A DNA stretch of 64,000 nucleotides from Camelus dromedarius (GCF_036321535.1 NC_087436.1:59584001-59648000); one strand, 5' to 3'. Shown: positions 36,330 to 51,713, numbered from the stretch's first letter. Numbers and translations are program-made. The notes: generated by a model not told the origin, from the sequence alone.

Positions 36330-39300
36330 AAAGGAGTTAGTTTTTTTTGAAAAGATAAATAAAATTGATAAGCCTTTTTAGCCAGGCTCATCAAGAAAAA
36401 AAGAGGATCGAAATAAACAAAATAAGAAATCAAAAAGGAAAAACTAAAACTAACACAACAGAGATACAAACATAAGAGAATACTATGAGCAGTTATTATA
36501 TGCCAACAAATTGGACAGCCTGGAAGAAATGGATAAATTTCTAGAAACATACAATCTTCCAACAATGAATCAGGAAGAAATGGGTAATCTGAACAAATCA
36601 CTAGTAGTGAAATTAAACTAGTAATAAAAAAACTCCCAACAAACAGAAGTCCAAGACTTAACAGCTTCACAAGGGAATTCTACCAAACATATAAAAAAAG
36701 CTAATGCTTATCCTCAAATTATTCCAAAAAGTTGAAGAGAAGGGAACACTCTTAAATTCATTCCATGGGATCATTATTCTGACACCAAACTGATCCCAAA
36801 AACAGTATCAATGTAACAACAACAACAAAAAAATTACAGGCCAGTATCTCTGATGAATATAAATGCAAAAATCCTAAACAAAATGTTAGCAAACTGAATT
36901 AAGCAATATATAAAAATGATCATACACTATAATCAAGTAGGATTTACTCTAGGCATGCAAGGATGGTTCAATATCCACAAACATCAATGTGAATCACAAA
37001 ATTAAAAAAGGATAAAAATCATAGGATCATTGCAACAGATGCAGAAAAAGCATTTGATAAAATTAAATATCCATTCATGATTAAAAAAAAAACTCAAAGT
37101 GGGTGAAAAGGCAACATATTTCAACATAATCAAGGACAAATATGGCAAACCCACAGCTAACATCACTGAAAAGTGAAAAGGTGAAAGCTTTTTCTCTAAT
37201 ATCAGCAACAAAAGGATGCCCATTCTCAACACTTCCATTTAACATAGTATTGAAGTCCCAGCCATAACGATCAGACAAGAAATAAAAGCCATCCAAATTA
37301 GAAGGGAAAAAGTAAACCTGTCACTAACTGCAGGTGACACTGTATCTAGAAAACCCTAACATCTCAAACAAAAAAGTATTAGAACAAATGAACACAGTAA
37401 AGTTGAAGGATACAAGATTAACACTACAGAAATCTGTTGCTTTCCTATACACTAAGAATGAACTATCAAACAGAAAAAGCAAGAAAATAATCCCATTTAA
37501 AATTGCATCAAAAATAATAAAATACCTAGGAATAAACTTAACCAAGGAAGTGAAAGACCTATACCCTGAAAACTATAAGCCACTGATGAAGGATATTGAA
37601 GATAATGTAATGAAATGACAATATATCCCATATTCATGGATTGGAAGAATTAATAGTATTAAAATGATCATACTACACAAAGCAACCTACCGATTTACTG
37701 CAATCCCTATCAATATACTTATGACATTTTTCACATAACTAGAATAATCCTAAAATTTATATGAATCACAGATGACCTTGGATTACCACAGGAATCTCGA
37801 GGAAAAAGAACAAATCTGGACATATCTTACTGCCAGATTTCATACTATATTGCAGATCAATAGTAATCAAAACAGTATAGTATTGGCACAAAAATAGACA
37901 CATATATCAATGGAAAAGAATAGAGAGCCTCAAAATAAACCCATACACTTATGGTCAATTAATCCACAACAAAAGAGGCAACAATATACAATGGAGAATG
38001 GTGCTAGGAAAATTGGACAGCTATATGTGAAATAATGAAATTAGAACATTCCCTCACATCATATACAAAATAAACTGAAAATGGATTAAAGACCTAACTG
38101 TAAGACCAGAAACTATAAAACTTCTAGAACTCATAAGCAGAACATTCTTTGATATAAATCATTGCAATATTTTTATTGATCTGTCTCTTAAGGCAAAGGA
38201 AACAAAAGCAAAACTAGATGGGTCTTAATTAAAATTAAAAGCTTTTGTACAGCAAAGGAAACCATAGATAAAATAAAAGACAATCTACTGAATGGGAGAA
38301 AATATTTGCAAATGATGCAACCGATACAGGGTTAATATCCAAAATACACAAACTCATATAACTCAATACCAAAAAAAAAAAAAAAAAAACCAACAAAAAC
38401 ACCCCAAAAAAAGCCCACTAAATAACCCAAATACAAATAGGCAGAAGATCTAAACATTTTTTCAAAGACTTACAGATGACCAACAGGCACATAAAATGAT
38501 GTTCAACATCACTATCATTATAGATGTGAAAATCAGATCCACAATGACCTGTCACCTCACATCTGTCATAATGGCTATCATTACAAAGATCACAAATACA
38601 AATGTTGGTGAGGTTGTAGAGAAAAGGGAACCCTAGAACACTGTTGGTAGGAATCTAAGTTGGGGCAGCCACTATGGAGGTTCTTCAAGAAACTAAACAT
38701 AGAACGACCATATGACCCAGCAATTTCATTCCTGGGTATACATTAGAAGAAAATGAAAACACTATTCAAAATGATGCATGCACCTCAATGTTCACAGCAG
38801 TATTATTTACAATAGCCAAGATATGGAAGCATCTTAAATGTCCATCAATATATGATGATAAGGGATATGTGATACATATATACACAATGGAATACTACTC
38901 AGCCATAAAAAATAATGGAATTTTTGTCATCTGCCACAACATAGATGGACCTTAAGGGTGCATGCTTAGTGAAATAATTCAGACAAAGAAACACAAATAC
39001 TGTATGATATCACTTATATGTGGACTCTAAAAATATAAAGCCAATCAGTGAATATAAAGAAGAAACAGACTCACAGAACAAACTAGTGGTTACCAGTGGG
39101 GAGAGGGCAGGAGAGAGGGGCAAGATAAGGGTAGAAAAGTAAAAGTTATAAAATATTGTATATAAAATAAGTTATAAGGATATATTGTACAGGACAGAGA
39201 ATATAGCCAATATTTGATAGTAATTTTAAGTAGAGTTTAACCTATAAGTGCAATGAATCACTATGTTGTACACTTGAAACTAAGATAACACTGTGAATCA

Positions 39301-39333
39301 ACTATACTTCAATTAAAATAATGATAATAATAA
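36330..39333 (+). mobile_element. ~3 kb L1 of an older subfamily with decayed ORF2 reverse-transcriptase region and 3' UTR
   Basis: RT-region remnants ('ggatgcccattctcaac', GCPLS-like; LYLENP; KYLGINLTKEVKDLY); its 3' UTR differs from the younger L1s. Confidence 0.93.
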
Positions 39334-39349
39334 AGTTCAAGCTCTTGAT

Positions 39350-39565
39350 ATTAAGGGTCTATGTTTAAATGTAGTCTAGTAATTTTCTAGTAGTGTAATT
39401 TTTGGCAAATTTCTTAACTTCTCTGTTTCAGTTTTCTTCCTTGCAAAATGGTATCATGTAACAGTAGCTACCTCACAGGCTCCTGTGAACAGTATTTAAA
39501 ACACGAAAAACCTTTAAAACAGCACTGGACATATAGCAAGTATCAAAAATGTTACTCATTATTGA
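39350..39565 (+). mobile_element. MIR fragment
   Basis: 'ttggcaaatttcttaacttctctgtttcagttttcttccttgcaaaatgg'. Confidence 0.65.
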
Positions 39566-41134
39566 TCCACTGCAAATCATTGCAGTATGATTTAAGATAA
39601 GATGGAGTTTGATTATGCCTGGAGAATCCCAGGAATATGAAACTTGGTTTCCTCTTCATATGAACAAGTTAAGAGTTAAGAAACAGCTCTATAAACAGGT
39701 TAGGGGACTGATGTGAGTAAAAGAACCAAGACTTGCTAGAAATAACAGTCTGTTTGTGGCAGCAGAACAGATAAATCAAATATTGAATTCAGTTTTTCTT
39801 ACATATTTTCTTTTATGGGAATTTTTCTACTATATTTTTTAACTAAAGTATAGTCAATTTATAATATTGTATTATTGTGTTATTGATATATACCAAGTGG
39901 AAATATAAAATAGAGATTTTACATAAACCTACATCGCAAATAGTTTAAGACCAGTCATTTTATATTCAATAAAATATGTAATGAGGTATGTAATACAACT
40001 GAAAGAAGAAAACAAAGAATTTACTCTATTCCAATTTGTCAAATGGATTATTGTTGCAATAGGAGTAATTTTGTACAAATAGCAAATGGAAAAAATAAAA
40101 CAAATTTTATAAATTTAAGTAAATAGCTCTTCTCTTATGCAGTATATTATAGCATATAGAAAAACTTACCAGAAAAACTTTAAGAAATTTTACTTTTCCC
40201 CAACTAAATCATGAAATTCTTGACTTTCAAAAATTGTAATTCCCGAAAGCTTGCCTTAAGTGAAAAAGAAAATGAAACAAAAAGATAATCTTCAGGAAAG
40301 CAATCTCCTAACTTGCCTCAAACTGTGTTTTGAAACACAGAAGAGAAACCAAAAACAACCGCAATTTTGGTCAGATATACTTTTTCTATAGGCATTTTCT
40401 TTACAATTAAAGAGAAATGAACAATCCAGCACATTGGGTTTATCATTTTATTCCAGTAGAATATCACTTTCTGAATGAACTGTTGAAATCAAATAGGTGG
40501 GGGGGGGGGGTGTTAAAGCAACTGACTCTTCTCCAGGTGAGGAAAAAGAAGAGAGGTAACCTCCTCTAACCTTGTCAACATGAAAACTGTATCACTAGGA
40601 AAATAAGCTAATAATAGTTGCTGGAAGGAGAGTCCTTACCAATGGAAACTTCAATAATATATCCCTGGTTAAGGACAGATTTGAGTAAATGAACTTGGAA
40701 TCTATGGATTTATAAACATGGCTCCCTGAAAAATGTCACATTGTTGGGATATAAAATGTAGATATTTCATGAATAAAAGGTTACCGTGTGAGGTAACCCC
40801 GCAAAATCTCACTTGGGGACGTGACTTATTACTCTGAATCAGAGAGTGGATGTTCAATGTGGGATGAAAAAGCTTGGAGAGCTGCCCTCAACCTGGCGGC
40901 TCTCTCCCCTCCTTCACCTGAGCTTGATCGCCAGTAACTTTTAATGATTAGTATAACCTTAATATTGGGTAAGATCTATGATTTGTGTGAGTCTTATTTG
41001 ATAATCTTGATCTTTTGTGTTACACCTCACCAGGACTGAATATTTTTTCTCATTAAAAACCAGCAATATATAATATGTACAGTTTACCGTACAGGAATCA
41101 TACCACGATAAAGGTGTTAAAAAGCCCAGAAATA

Positions 41135-41307
41135 TATAAAATCAACAAGGTCCTGCTGTACAGCACAGGAAACTATATTCAATATCTTGCAGCAACAAAT
41201 AATGAAAAAGAATATATATATGTGTATAAGTGAATCACTATGCTGTACACCACAAGCTAACACAACATTGTAAATCAACTATACTTCAATAAAAACAAAA
41301 GCAATAC
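41135..41307 (+). mobile_element. Short L1 3' end with probable TSD
   Basis: 'caacaaggtcctgctgtacagcacagg...caactatacttcaataaaa', flanked on both sides by 'ccagaaata'. Confidence 0.85.
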
Positions 41308-43619
41308 AAAAACCAGAAATAGATTTCCAAGTATATATCACATTCTACTACCAGATGCTGCTCACTTTTTAAAATCAAAGTAATAAAATGTTTTTGGTTT
41401 CTATATGTTGTACTGACAAACAAAGCATTAGAAAAACAGTAATACATAGTGTTTATGCATATACAAACTTTTACTTAGGTCGTATTTGCATTACTGAAAC
41501 AGAAAAGGTAGTTTTCAAGAGGCCAGCCATTGATTTTCAGGATCCTATTCTTAAAATTCATGTGGCTACAACCAAATGGCAATCTGATGACAGATCTCCA
41601 AAAAACATAAAACATAACATTGTATAAAAAGTGTACTAGTAATATATATTAAGCCCTAAATCTACATTAACTCAGTAACTTCTTAAAACATATACAAACC
41701 ATGATGCAGAGAAAATTAAAATCTGTGTAGCATATTTATTGCCAAATGAAGGTATTTATTTTTTCAAATTTACTCTGGTATTCTTAGTGAAGAAAAAGAA
41801 AAGGTACACCTAAATCTCTTTCCAGGTCAGAAATCTTGCCAACTTTATGAAGAAGAATCTTCTGTAAAGAGCCTGAGTAGGAAGGGATGAAATTTATTCA
41901 CTCTCTCTGGTCATTATATTCAAAATTTATTAGTACTTAAACTTTGATAAACAGTCTGGAATCCTTAAGCTAGTGGTTTTTCTTCCTTACAGGAGTGAGG
42001 TAACACTTCCTTCACCTTTTTTTATGTTTAAAAAAATTGGAAACTTAAAAATATATATATCTAAAAAATCTTGGGAGGACATATGGCAACGATCCTTTTA
42101 CTCTTGCTACATTAATTGTTTTTGTCCATAAGAATCCACTTTGCATTCACATTTGTCATTGTTTTTGCCTTTTCTTCCCTAGGAATGCTAATGCTATCGC
42201 ATCAAATTTCCTCCTCTTTAAAAAAGGAACTTGGTAAGAAGATAATTTAAAATAAGGGTTTCCTTATTTCATACGTATATAATCTGACCATGATGTTTAA
42301 AAATTAAAGATGCAACAAATAGCTTTCAGGTAGTCTTAGAAACATTCACCAGAAAATATTTTATTATCATTTGTGCCTCCTGTTCATCAACCTCCTATAC
42401 GTACAGTCAAAGAGGAGAATAGCAAAGCAGAGAAAAGCTTTCACAAAACAGTTAAGTGAACACCCAATAGATATACTCAGGATGTTTGGTTTGGGGTAAA
42501 AAATAAAAGATGCTAACATCTCCTTTTTCCCTCCATTTTACAGCCTATCCTACTTTTCTCCATTACAGTTAATGATATAAATGGATTATGTAAATTCAGA
42601 TATCAAAACACATCACTTGGAAGGCATGGAACATTCTAACAGTTCTCAATGCTTATTAATATCAAGAATAACAGTTCTTTTCAATGGAAGATACATATGT
42701 GAATCTAAGACTGACACTGGGACTTGTTTCAACTATATAAATCAAATGAAATTGACATATGCTTGAAAATGTACTTGTTAGTTTTTTTAAACATGTCAGC
42801 ATAACAGTGATTACTATTGCCAAAAAAAAGCGCCAAGATAAAGATTCCTTTTAGAGTGATTATATGTAACAAATTAAGATATGATAGAACTATATTTAGA
42901 CAGTCCTGTATGAACATATAGGCACAATATACAAAAAATATGAAAAGCATCCTGTTGTTATATTTGGACATTCCTCCCTCTAGCATCAAGTTAAATATGG
43001 AAAAGAAAGTATATTTTCTTTTCTAAACAAATATTTAAAACAATATCAAATTTAGGCAATTTTGAAAAATGATACAACTGTTATCAAGGAAAATTTGTGC
43101 CAAATAAAAATCATACATACAAAATTGTACATAATATACTTAAGAGTTTTCAGTAAAAAGTCATTTAAAACACAGCTATATGGCATAAATCTAACCAAGA
43201 ATGATAAGTTGCTTATATTTAAAAATATGATAAATAAGAACATTTAACATGTGTATATTTCAAGGTGCAAAAAATAGATTTTGAAAATGATTTAAAATAT
43301 AGATAAAATGTGTTAAAATTGTTAAAACATCTAGCAAAACTGTCCATGGTTTTCCTCTAAGCACTTGATACTTGAAAAAATAATTTTCAATATTACAGAA
43401 CTATTTCCTTAGCTAATGTATTACACATCTTACTTCAGCATTGTCATAGTAAATATGACAATTATGCCTAATCTATAAGGCAGTTTTAACATAAATTCAA
43501 CCTTTAATATATAATGTATATATAAAATACAAGTATCTATATATTTGTATGTGTAATTCATGTATAATTTATATTGAGTTTTGCAATCATTCAATTTACC
43601 AGCATTCTGAAATCAGGAT

Positions 43620-43840
43620 ACAAAACAAAATCTTGACTTTTGATCTGAAACGCCTAAGCACAATCTACAGCTTTATCACTTGTTAGGAAAGTTATATGAC
43701 CTTTGGAAAGTCAGTTTCTTCAAATTCCATTTTCCTTATTTGGAAAATAAATATAATTAAGCTTGTCCATCTCTTATTTTTAGTTAGTGATTGTCAAAGT
43801 ATTTCAGACAAATATGCAGGCATAATAGTACAGCATAATA
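43620..43840 (+). mobile_element. MIR fragment
   Basis: 'tatgacctttggaaagtcagtt...tttccttatttggaaaata'. Confidence 0.45.
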
Positions 43841-44108
43841 TTTCCTTTCATCAATATATATTGCTGTTACATTGTTCACAACTGTCAGATACACTTTTAT
43901 ATCTCTTGCTGCTTCTTTAAGAAACAATTAGCAACCTCAGTTTTGTTGTACACTGGAATAAAGTGCAGTATTATAATGGTTCTTAAACATTTTTGTAAAC
44001 AACAATGTCCCCATTAATCCCTATTTTTAATTCACTTTTAATATAATCAAATACATACATACATTTTAATAAATGGACAAAGTATATAATAAACATTGTT
44101 GGAAAAGA

Positions 44109-44141
44109 TACTTCATGGTGAATACATTTCACCATGAAGTA
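44109..44141. repeat. Perfect 14-bp inverted repeat with 5-nt spacer
   Basis: tacttcatggtgaa-tacat-ttcaccatgaagta. Confidence 0.95.
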
Positions 44142-46499
44142 AAGTTATTAATCTATAAACACATTCACTGGTGTATATTCAGCTCAAATTCCATTGAATA
44201 AAATAAAAGGGGAAAAAAAAAAGGTTTCCAAGGAAGCAGACTGAAAGGTCTTAATGTTGTTAAAGAGCAATCATAGAATAGTACCTTTTCAGGTTAGGTG
44301 CCTTTTTTTTTTTATCTCTATTGACAGTTTCTGCTACATTGCTTTTGAGGGAAAAAAGTACCTTTCTTTATTGACTTAATCTACGTGCTAATGCAATTTT
44401 TTTTTTCCCTTTGCATCCTACTCAAAATACCTTTAATTGAATTCTTTCTTCTTCAAAATGATATTGCCCATTCAAGCTGATAAAAATCTTTACCAGGAGA
44501 GTGCTTTATTTTAGGTAATGGAATTTCTTACATTATCTACATTAAAGGGTTTGAAATATAAAATAAGACAATAAATAGGAAGAGATAAAAACAGAATAAA
44601 AGAATAAACACTAGAAAACTGTTAGAGAAACAAAAACATTTTCACATCTTGAATTATAAAAGGATGTTTTAAGGGCAAATTCAACAAGGACACAAACAGT
44701 GTTTTCATGTAAATAAATATATTTATAGTTTTATTTTAATATCATGGTTTAAACCCAACACTTGATCATGTGTATTATATGTTATATAATGATTCAAATA
44801 ATTTAATTAATTTTGTAACGTATTTTTGAATGTTACCAACATTAACGATTATTTCATTGCCTGTTTAAATAATATAGAGAACTCAGTAAAACCTGCTTTC
44901 CTCTCCTTAGCTCTATGGCTCTTCTGTTGTCCTGCACCAGAACACTAAGACATTCTCTGGGCTCTGTCATTTATCTTTGCAATAAAGTACAACATTCATG
45001 AGTGCTTAGGTGCCACCCAGCCATTTGATAATTAAGTGAGCTAGTATAGAAAAGGCAATCAACAAGAACACACAGAAATCAGGCAGTCCAGGAGACAATA
45101 CATTCAACAAACTTCCCTCAATAAGAGATCAACAGCCAATTGACTTTCTTCACTTGTTTAGAGATATAAATAGGTTTTTGACTTTCTGTAGTTAGACTCT
45201 TCATGATTTACTTCATTTGAAGACATACTGCTTTCATATTTCGATCTCAACACAAGAGAAAAATAGAGGTAATTTCATTCTTCAATAAGACCTGTCACAC
45301 TAGGATGGCGGAAACTAGAAGCATTGTTTTCAAACTTACCTAATGTACACAGAATATACAGTGAAGTTAAATGAAGACTATAACCAGAGAAAGACAAATG
45401 ACACGGATGAGAAGGTTGAACAAAAAATATGTACTGCCAAGTGGAATATTACATTTTAGGATAGCTGCATATGGACATAATTTTTAAATATCTATTTTTG
45501 TTTTAAAAATACAAATCAGGAATATGTTAGTTGAATCTTCATCCATATTTTATTCAATTGTGTATAAATGCAAAAGGTGTCAAATATTTGGAATGGAAAA
45601 ATTTCTGTATTACATACTGAGAAACAGCCAACATATGAAATAATGGAAACTGATTTAATATTTAGCATGTCACAGATTTGTGATACATTTCTTATCAGAT
45701 AATGATTTAACCTAGGTTGAAATATGTACTGGTTTAAATAAAACTTCAGTGCATGTAGGATTCCACAGGGCCTTGAAAAGAAGAAAACAAAAATAAATGA
45801 ATGAATGACATCAAATAAAAATGAAATGAAATTTTTACTTAATATGAAGATTTAAAACATTTAAACACAAATTAAAAAAACACAGACCAACATAAATTTG
45901 TTTTATTCACGATTTTCTAAGTAAAAATTGCTATTAACACTCACTAAAATACCTGTATTAGTAGTGTTTATAGGCTCCAAACTTCCAATTAAATATTTTA
46001 CTACCAAATACACGGTAAAAGAGGAAAGATCGATTAGCAAAATTTTATTTCTTTGGTTTTGTAAGTAGAGTAAAATATAATAGTTTTTTACTCAACTCTA
46101 TGTATTCCTCACTTCCAGAAAAATAAATGATTAATAGGTAAGTCTACCTGGCTCTCCTGATATTTCTGTTAATCATCCTAAACACAAAGCTTCAACAGAA
46201 TTTTCAATTTGCAGCAATTATTTTTAAATCTGTATACTTCACTGCAGTTTTCTGTGACAGGAGTATTTCACTTGGAAAAATAAAAAAAACTCTGTTGTGC
46301 AGATAATGTGTATAAAAGGAAACACAGGATCCAAGAAATACAGAATGTGGCAGCTGCTCCCAAGAAATGCAGAATTCAACTGGAGAGATGTAAACGAACA
46401 TAGAAAAGATGAGCCCTACTGCAAAACAGTAAGTTCTATGTTAATACATAGGAGAGATTTATACGTCAATGCAGAGAACTGATGCCAATACATAGAACT

Positions 46500-47405
46500 G
46501 ACCACTACAAGACACATTATATAGGATCGTTAAGTGCTGAAATTGTTCTAAGAGACAGCATTCCCATTTTGGGTAAACAAAACAAGGTTATGGGATTGGA
46601 GCTAGGCCTAAAAAGAGAGCTATATTATAGGGAAGGGGTAGTTCAAACAAAACAGTTAAGAGCAAAAGAACAAAACAAATCAAAACACTAAACAACTGAG
46701 ACAAGAAATAGAAATTTGTGTAAGAGCAGTTTAAGTGGAATAAAAGATTTAAGTCTGGCGACAGTTGGAGCTAAAATTGCATAAATAGTGGAGTATCACT
46801 TTAGCAGCTATGGATGGTGGTTTGAGGAATGTGGATTTTATCCTTTAAGCCTTAGTGAATCATTAACAGTTTTAAAGGAGAAATACAATAGTGTAAACTG
46901 CATGTTTGTGCTTATTTCTTTTACAGATTTATCTGTGGTGCCTACAGAGATTAGAATGTGTAGAGCCTGTATGTAGGAGGACAAGACCAAAACCAACGTG
47001 AGGCAGTCCTGAGGCAGCAAGCAGTACTCGAAGGTGACTGCACTTCATAATCTGATCTCTCCCCTCAAAGTGCTTGCCCTAGGTTTGAGTAGCTGACCAT
47101 CACTCAGGTTACAGCTCAAAGGCAACATCCCCAGGTCTTCCTTGATGAGTGCTTCCTAGGCACAAGCCCTCCTCTTCCCCTCACTGGTCTCTTAAATCTC
47201 ATCTTTCTGCTGATTTACATCATGGCCCTTATCGCTGTGTGAAATTCTCTTGTTTATTTCTTCATTTCTAATCTATTTTCTGTCCTCATCCACTAGAATA
47301 CAAGGTCTACTAAGAAAGAAAACTTGCTTGTTTCTCATTCACAGCTACAATCTCAGTGCCTGAAATACCTTTTTTTTACTCTTATTTAAGTGACTGTATA
47401 AATGA
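46500..47405. mobile_element. Two L2 fragments in opposite orientations (~46500-47010 minus, ~47050-47405 plus)
   Basis: Minus: 'ggaatgtggattttatcct'. Plus: 'ccactagaatacaaggtc...cattcacagctacaatctcagtgcctg'. Confidence 0.5.
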
Positions 47406-48109
47406 AAAAAGGTGTAATATCTTTTGATGAAAGGAAACTTGAAGCTATAATATGTTGTACACAGAGACAGCTTTGTATTTGCCAACCAACCATTATCTTT
47501 TTTTAAAAAGTCTGAAGAATCATTAAGACTAACACACTTTTAATAGGTACTCTGTGTTTAGCACCTGTTCTCCAAATGCTAGTTAAATGAATGTAGAAGA
47601 CAAAGGAAATATATTCTGAAAATTTTGGAAATCTCGAATTTGTTTTCCACGGTATGACCCCTAACAGTCATATTTTTAATAAAGCTCTAACCCAAATCTA
47701 CCTTTTAATATTCTAAAAAATGTTAGTAAAAATGAAGGGAAAAATAGTTTGAGTATGTTTAGTGACACAAATGTCACTAAAGTATATGATTCTAACATTT
47801 CTTTTACCATGACAGTTTCTAATATTCTAATATTTGTCATGTAATGAGGACAAAAAGCCCCAATACTTCTGTCCTTTTCAGCTAGTAGAACACAGGGATT
47901 ACAAGGAAACAACTAATGACAAAGAATGGTTCCTCTTGACTATTCTGGAGGGACATCAGTAATTTGAGAGCTATGATACTTTTTCATGATCACTCTGGGG
48001 CTATTGTAACTGCTTCACACCTTCATCGAGCCACTTTTTAATATAATCTAGAGATTACTCCCTATCAGAACAGTGATATTTTCTCTCTCTCTCTTTTTTT
48101 AAGCTTTAC

Positions 48110-48340
48110 AGCTCTTCATTTTGTGAATGAGCCATAATCAAACATCCCCTATTGATGGGCACTTTTGTGTTGTTTTCATCTTTAGCTAATAAAAATAATG
48201 CCCGTAAGGGAAAACCTTATACAAGTGCTATTTGGTATATAAGAATATGCATGTACTGGGTAGATTTCTAAAGATAGTATTGCTAGATAGAGAATAAAAT
48301 CATGTACAATTTTTTTTTAGATTTTTCAAAATTTCTCTCA
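48110..48340 (-). mobile_element. Ancient L1 (L1ME-like) fragment
   Basis: 'cccctattgatgggcactt...tttagctaataaaaataatgc'. Confidence 0.5.
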
Positions 48341-49487
48341 ATATCAAATTGTAAATATATGACAATGCTATTCTATAAAAGGAAAATACTTAAATGCAAA
48401 AAGTTTAAATGACTGAATATCATATTCAATCATGTGAATTATGAAGTAAAAAATTATTACAGTACAATAATATCCATTTGAAAGGCTAAAAAACGTATAT
48501 GCATCTGTTTTTGTACATGTAATATATTTATAGATATAGATTTAGTATTTATATTTTAACATAATAAAAACAAAATGGGGAAATATTCTTAAAAAGTAGA
48601 AAATAATAGACACTCCAAGTAATTTCTGTATATTTTAATGATTTACATTACATTTCCTTTTGATTTTTATTGGACCTTAAGAAATATTAAGTCATTACTG
48701 ATGCTCCCTACAAGAAAAGCTAATTCTTTCAGGCTAACTTAGAGTTTGAAGCAACTTTCTCATAAATTAAAAAGACTAGAATTTCTGGAACAATATTAAG
48801 TGTTTCTTACAACCTTAAAATCTGAAAAATGCTTTATTTCTAATTCTAGGCTTAGACTAAGAAAATGAACAATTCATCAATTTTTAGGTTATAGTTTTCC
48901 AATGCAAGAAAAAACTGAACCTGTTTAGAGTATTTTTCTTTTTGAAAATTACTCTGTACTGGACAGTTTTTCCTCTTAGTTGATGGATTAAACCCAAATC
49001 TGTAAATCCATTTACAAGCATAAAGCTCATAAAATGACAAATCTGAAGTAATTCTGATATGTAAAGAACTATGACTCTTTAAGAACTCTGAATTGCAAAT
49101 TATACTCTTTTTGGTATAAATTTCCTCTATAGTAACTCAGCTTTATAAATTTAAAATTCTAATTACCATCTTAACAATGTGTCATCACATAAGCGTATAA
49201 TTTCCTGGTATTCTTACTTTATAGAGCATGAGGTTAATGTTACATGCAGCTCTCTTTTAGGAAACTTTCTGTAACACATTATTCTGAAAATTCCAATTCC
49301 TTTGCCTATTTGGTATGAAGCCAAATATTTACGGGTTTTTTTTTTTTCTGTAGCTGTCTATGGTTATTTATAAGTTATTAAATATAAAACACTTTACATC
49401 TTTATTTGAAACACTAATAATCTGATATTTTAATATTCTTTCCTAAAAGTATTACTACTTCTTTAACTGACTGAAGACACAAGCTAA

Positions 49488-51713
49488 TAAAGGTGAGCAG
49501 AATTTGCCACCCCCACAATATGTCTCTTTGGCATAAAAATTACCTTGAACCAATTATTTTATGAAACTGTAGACACAGAAGTAGCTCTGAGAACTGAGTT
49601 CAGTGATCCTTTTGTAAGAAACATTTACATTTATAAGGGAACTCTCCATTTGTAAGGGTGTTTCCCTCTCTGTTCCCAGAAGAGGAGGATGATCAAATCT
49701 CTAAAAACTTATCAATGGAGAAGGCATTGACTTAAGTCTGCATTAACAACCTTAACCTTGTTTATTGTGCTTTTTCTGGTTATTTCCCACAACTGCCCAA
49801 CATCTTTCTTTCATCTCTAGCTGGAGATGGTATTTAAAGTGTAGGCCTGGACATTTCAGGGAGTTAGTTAGTCACTCAGTTTTCCTGTGTATCTTACATG
49901 TCTACAGGAAGCATACATGATATTAAATTTTTGTTTTTCTACTGTTACTATGTCTTTTATTACAGGAGGGAGACAGCCAAGAACCTAGACATGTAGAAGT
50001 AAAATTTTTCCATCCCTACAGTTTGGTGACCCATGATGGAAACTGGTGAGGCACCATACTTGCTCTAAAGCCCACCAATGGGATTCTGGAAAACTGGAAG
50101 AGGCTGACCAAGCTTAAGAACTCTTACCAAAGCCAGCTGTCCTAGATCTATTTAGCTATAATTCCTGGTCAAGAGAGGAAGGTCAACACTTCTTGTCCCT
50201 TCCTTTACAAATGTAGATTAGCAGAAGAAAATACCTGTGTGAATTAGTTTCTTGAGTACAGTACTTTGGTAAAGATTTTTTATGATGTGTACTCTCATTT
50301 TATATTGATTCTATTTCCTCCCAGAGAGATAATAATTGTTTGCTTTTGTCTCTAACTTTCCTGCCATTTGTCATAAGGGGGAGAAACCATAGCCTAGATG
50401 AGATTTTCCTTTTGTCTTGTTCTATGTCTTAAGAGCTTGGCTTCATGACCAGTAAGAATATTTTCTCTGGTATCCACTAATTGGAAGATGCATGTGTCAG
50501 CATGCATCTAGTGGACAGCCCAATAGCAGCAGTCTTATGGTCCAGCCATGCTAGCTGTCAGGGGAATTTGTCAGAAGGGTCTCAGTCCACAGGGGACCCC
50601 TGACATCTCAAACTTCATTGTCTCTTTAGTACTGGAAAAGTCTCATTCCAGTAGTACCTGCCTAGTGTCACAGGCAAGTGTGTCTACAACTGAAGGCATC
50701 ACATCAGAAACCAGAGAAATTATTTTCATTATACCATTCCTACCACCTGTTTCAATGAATGTCTTTGTTTTCTTAGACTAACTTTGAGAGTGAAATTTCT
50801 GGATCTTGTGAGTGCTCTATCTTTTGCACAGTCATTTGTGATGCTTCTTGCATCTATGGTTAAGCCATAAATAGCCTTACTGGTTTGAGTTGTTATTGAG
50901 ACTAATATAAGATCCTACTTGTCAATGGCCAGATGATGACTCCTTTGAACTGAAAGAATTTCTGTGTCTGAAAAAGTGTTGCAGAGCTCTTGTTCTAAGT
51001 AACTGTCTTTCTGGTACCTATGAAAAGAGGGGACTAAGAAGTAAAACAGCTTACCTTACAGACTTCTTTAACAAGATGAAATTACAAAGCCTTATTTAGC
51101 ACCACTTACAGAAGATAATTACCAGATTTAGAATAGTTAGATCAGTGGACATCCAGAACCTTACTCACAGGAACCCTAACTGGGGGCTAATAGGTATTCT
51201 TCCCATCCATGATTATACTGTACTTATCAGGTAAGCCAGAAGGCCCCTTGGGAAACCCTCCCTCATAGGAGAAACAGGTGACCAGAAGTTCTCCCAGGCC
51301 TTCCTACAAGTGATCAGGAAATAAATCAGCTAGAGGTTGATGTTCAGGTGCTTATTGAAACAACAGTAGAGGTTCTTTCCCCTTAAGGTTAATTGGCCTA
51401 AAGTTGAGTTGCACACTAAGGGGGAAAAAAAAAGAGCACTGGAAGGCCTTTGTTGAATGCTTAATACAAATTTTACAAAAGCATACTGCATTAAACCTTA
51501 AAGCTCCAGAATATAGAAATCTTTTGATCTCCATATTAGTTGGAAATCTCCCTGATACAAAGCAAATTGAAAATGATGCAGTCAGATGGGCAAAGTCCCT
51601 TGATATCATTTAGGCTACGACCAAATTCTTTGAGGAATTACAAACAACTAGTTTTGTCTTTCAAATCTTTGCAAAACCAGAGTTGTAGCTCTAGAAACAA
51701 TGCAAAATTCACT

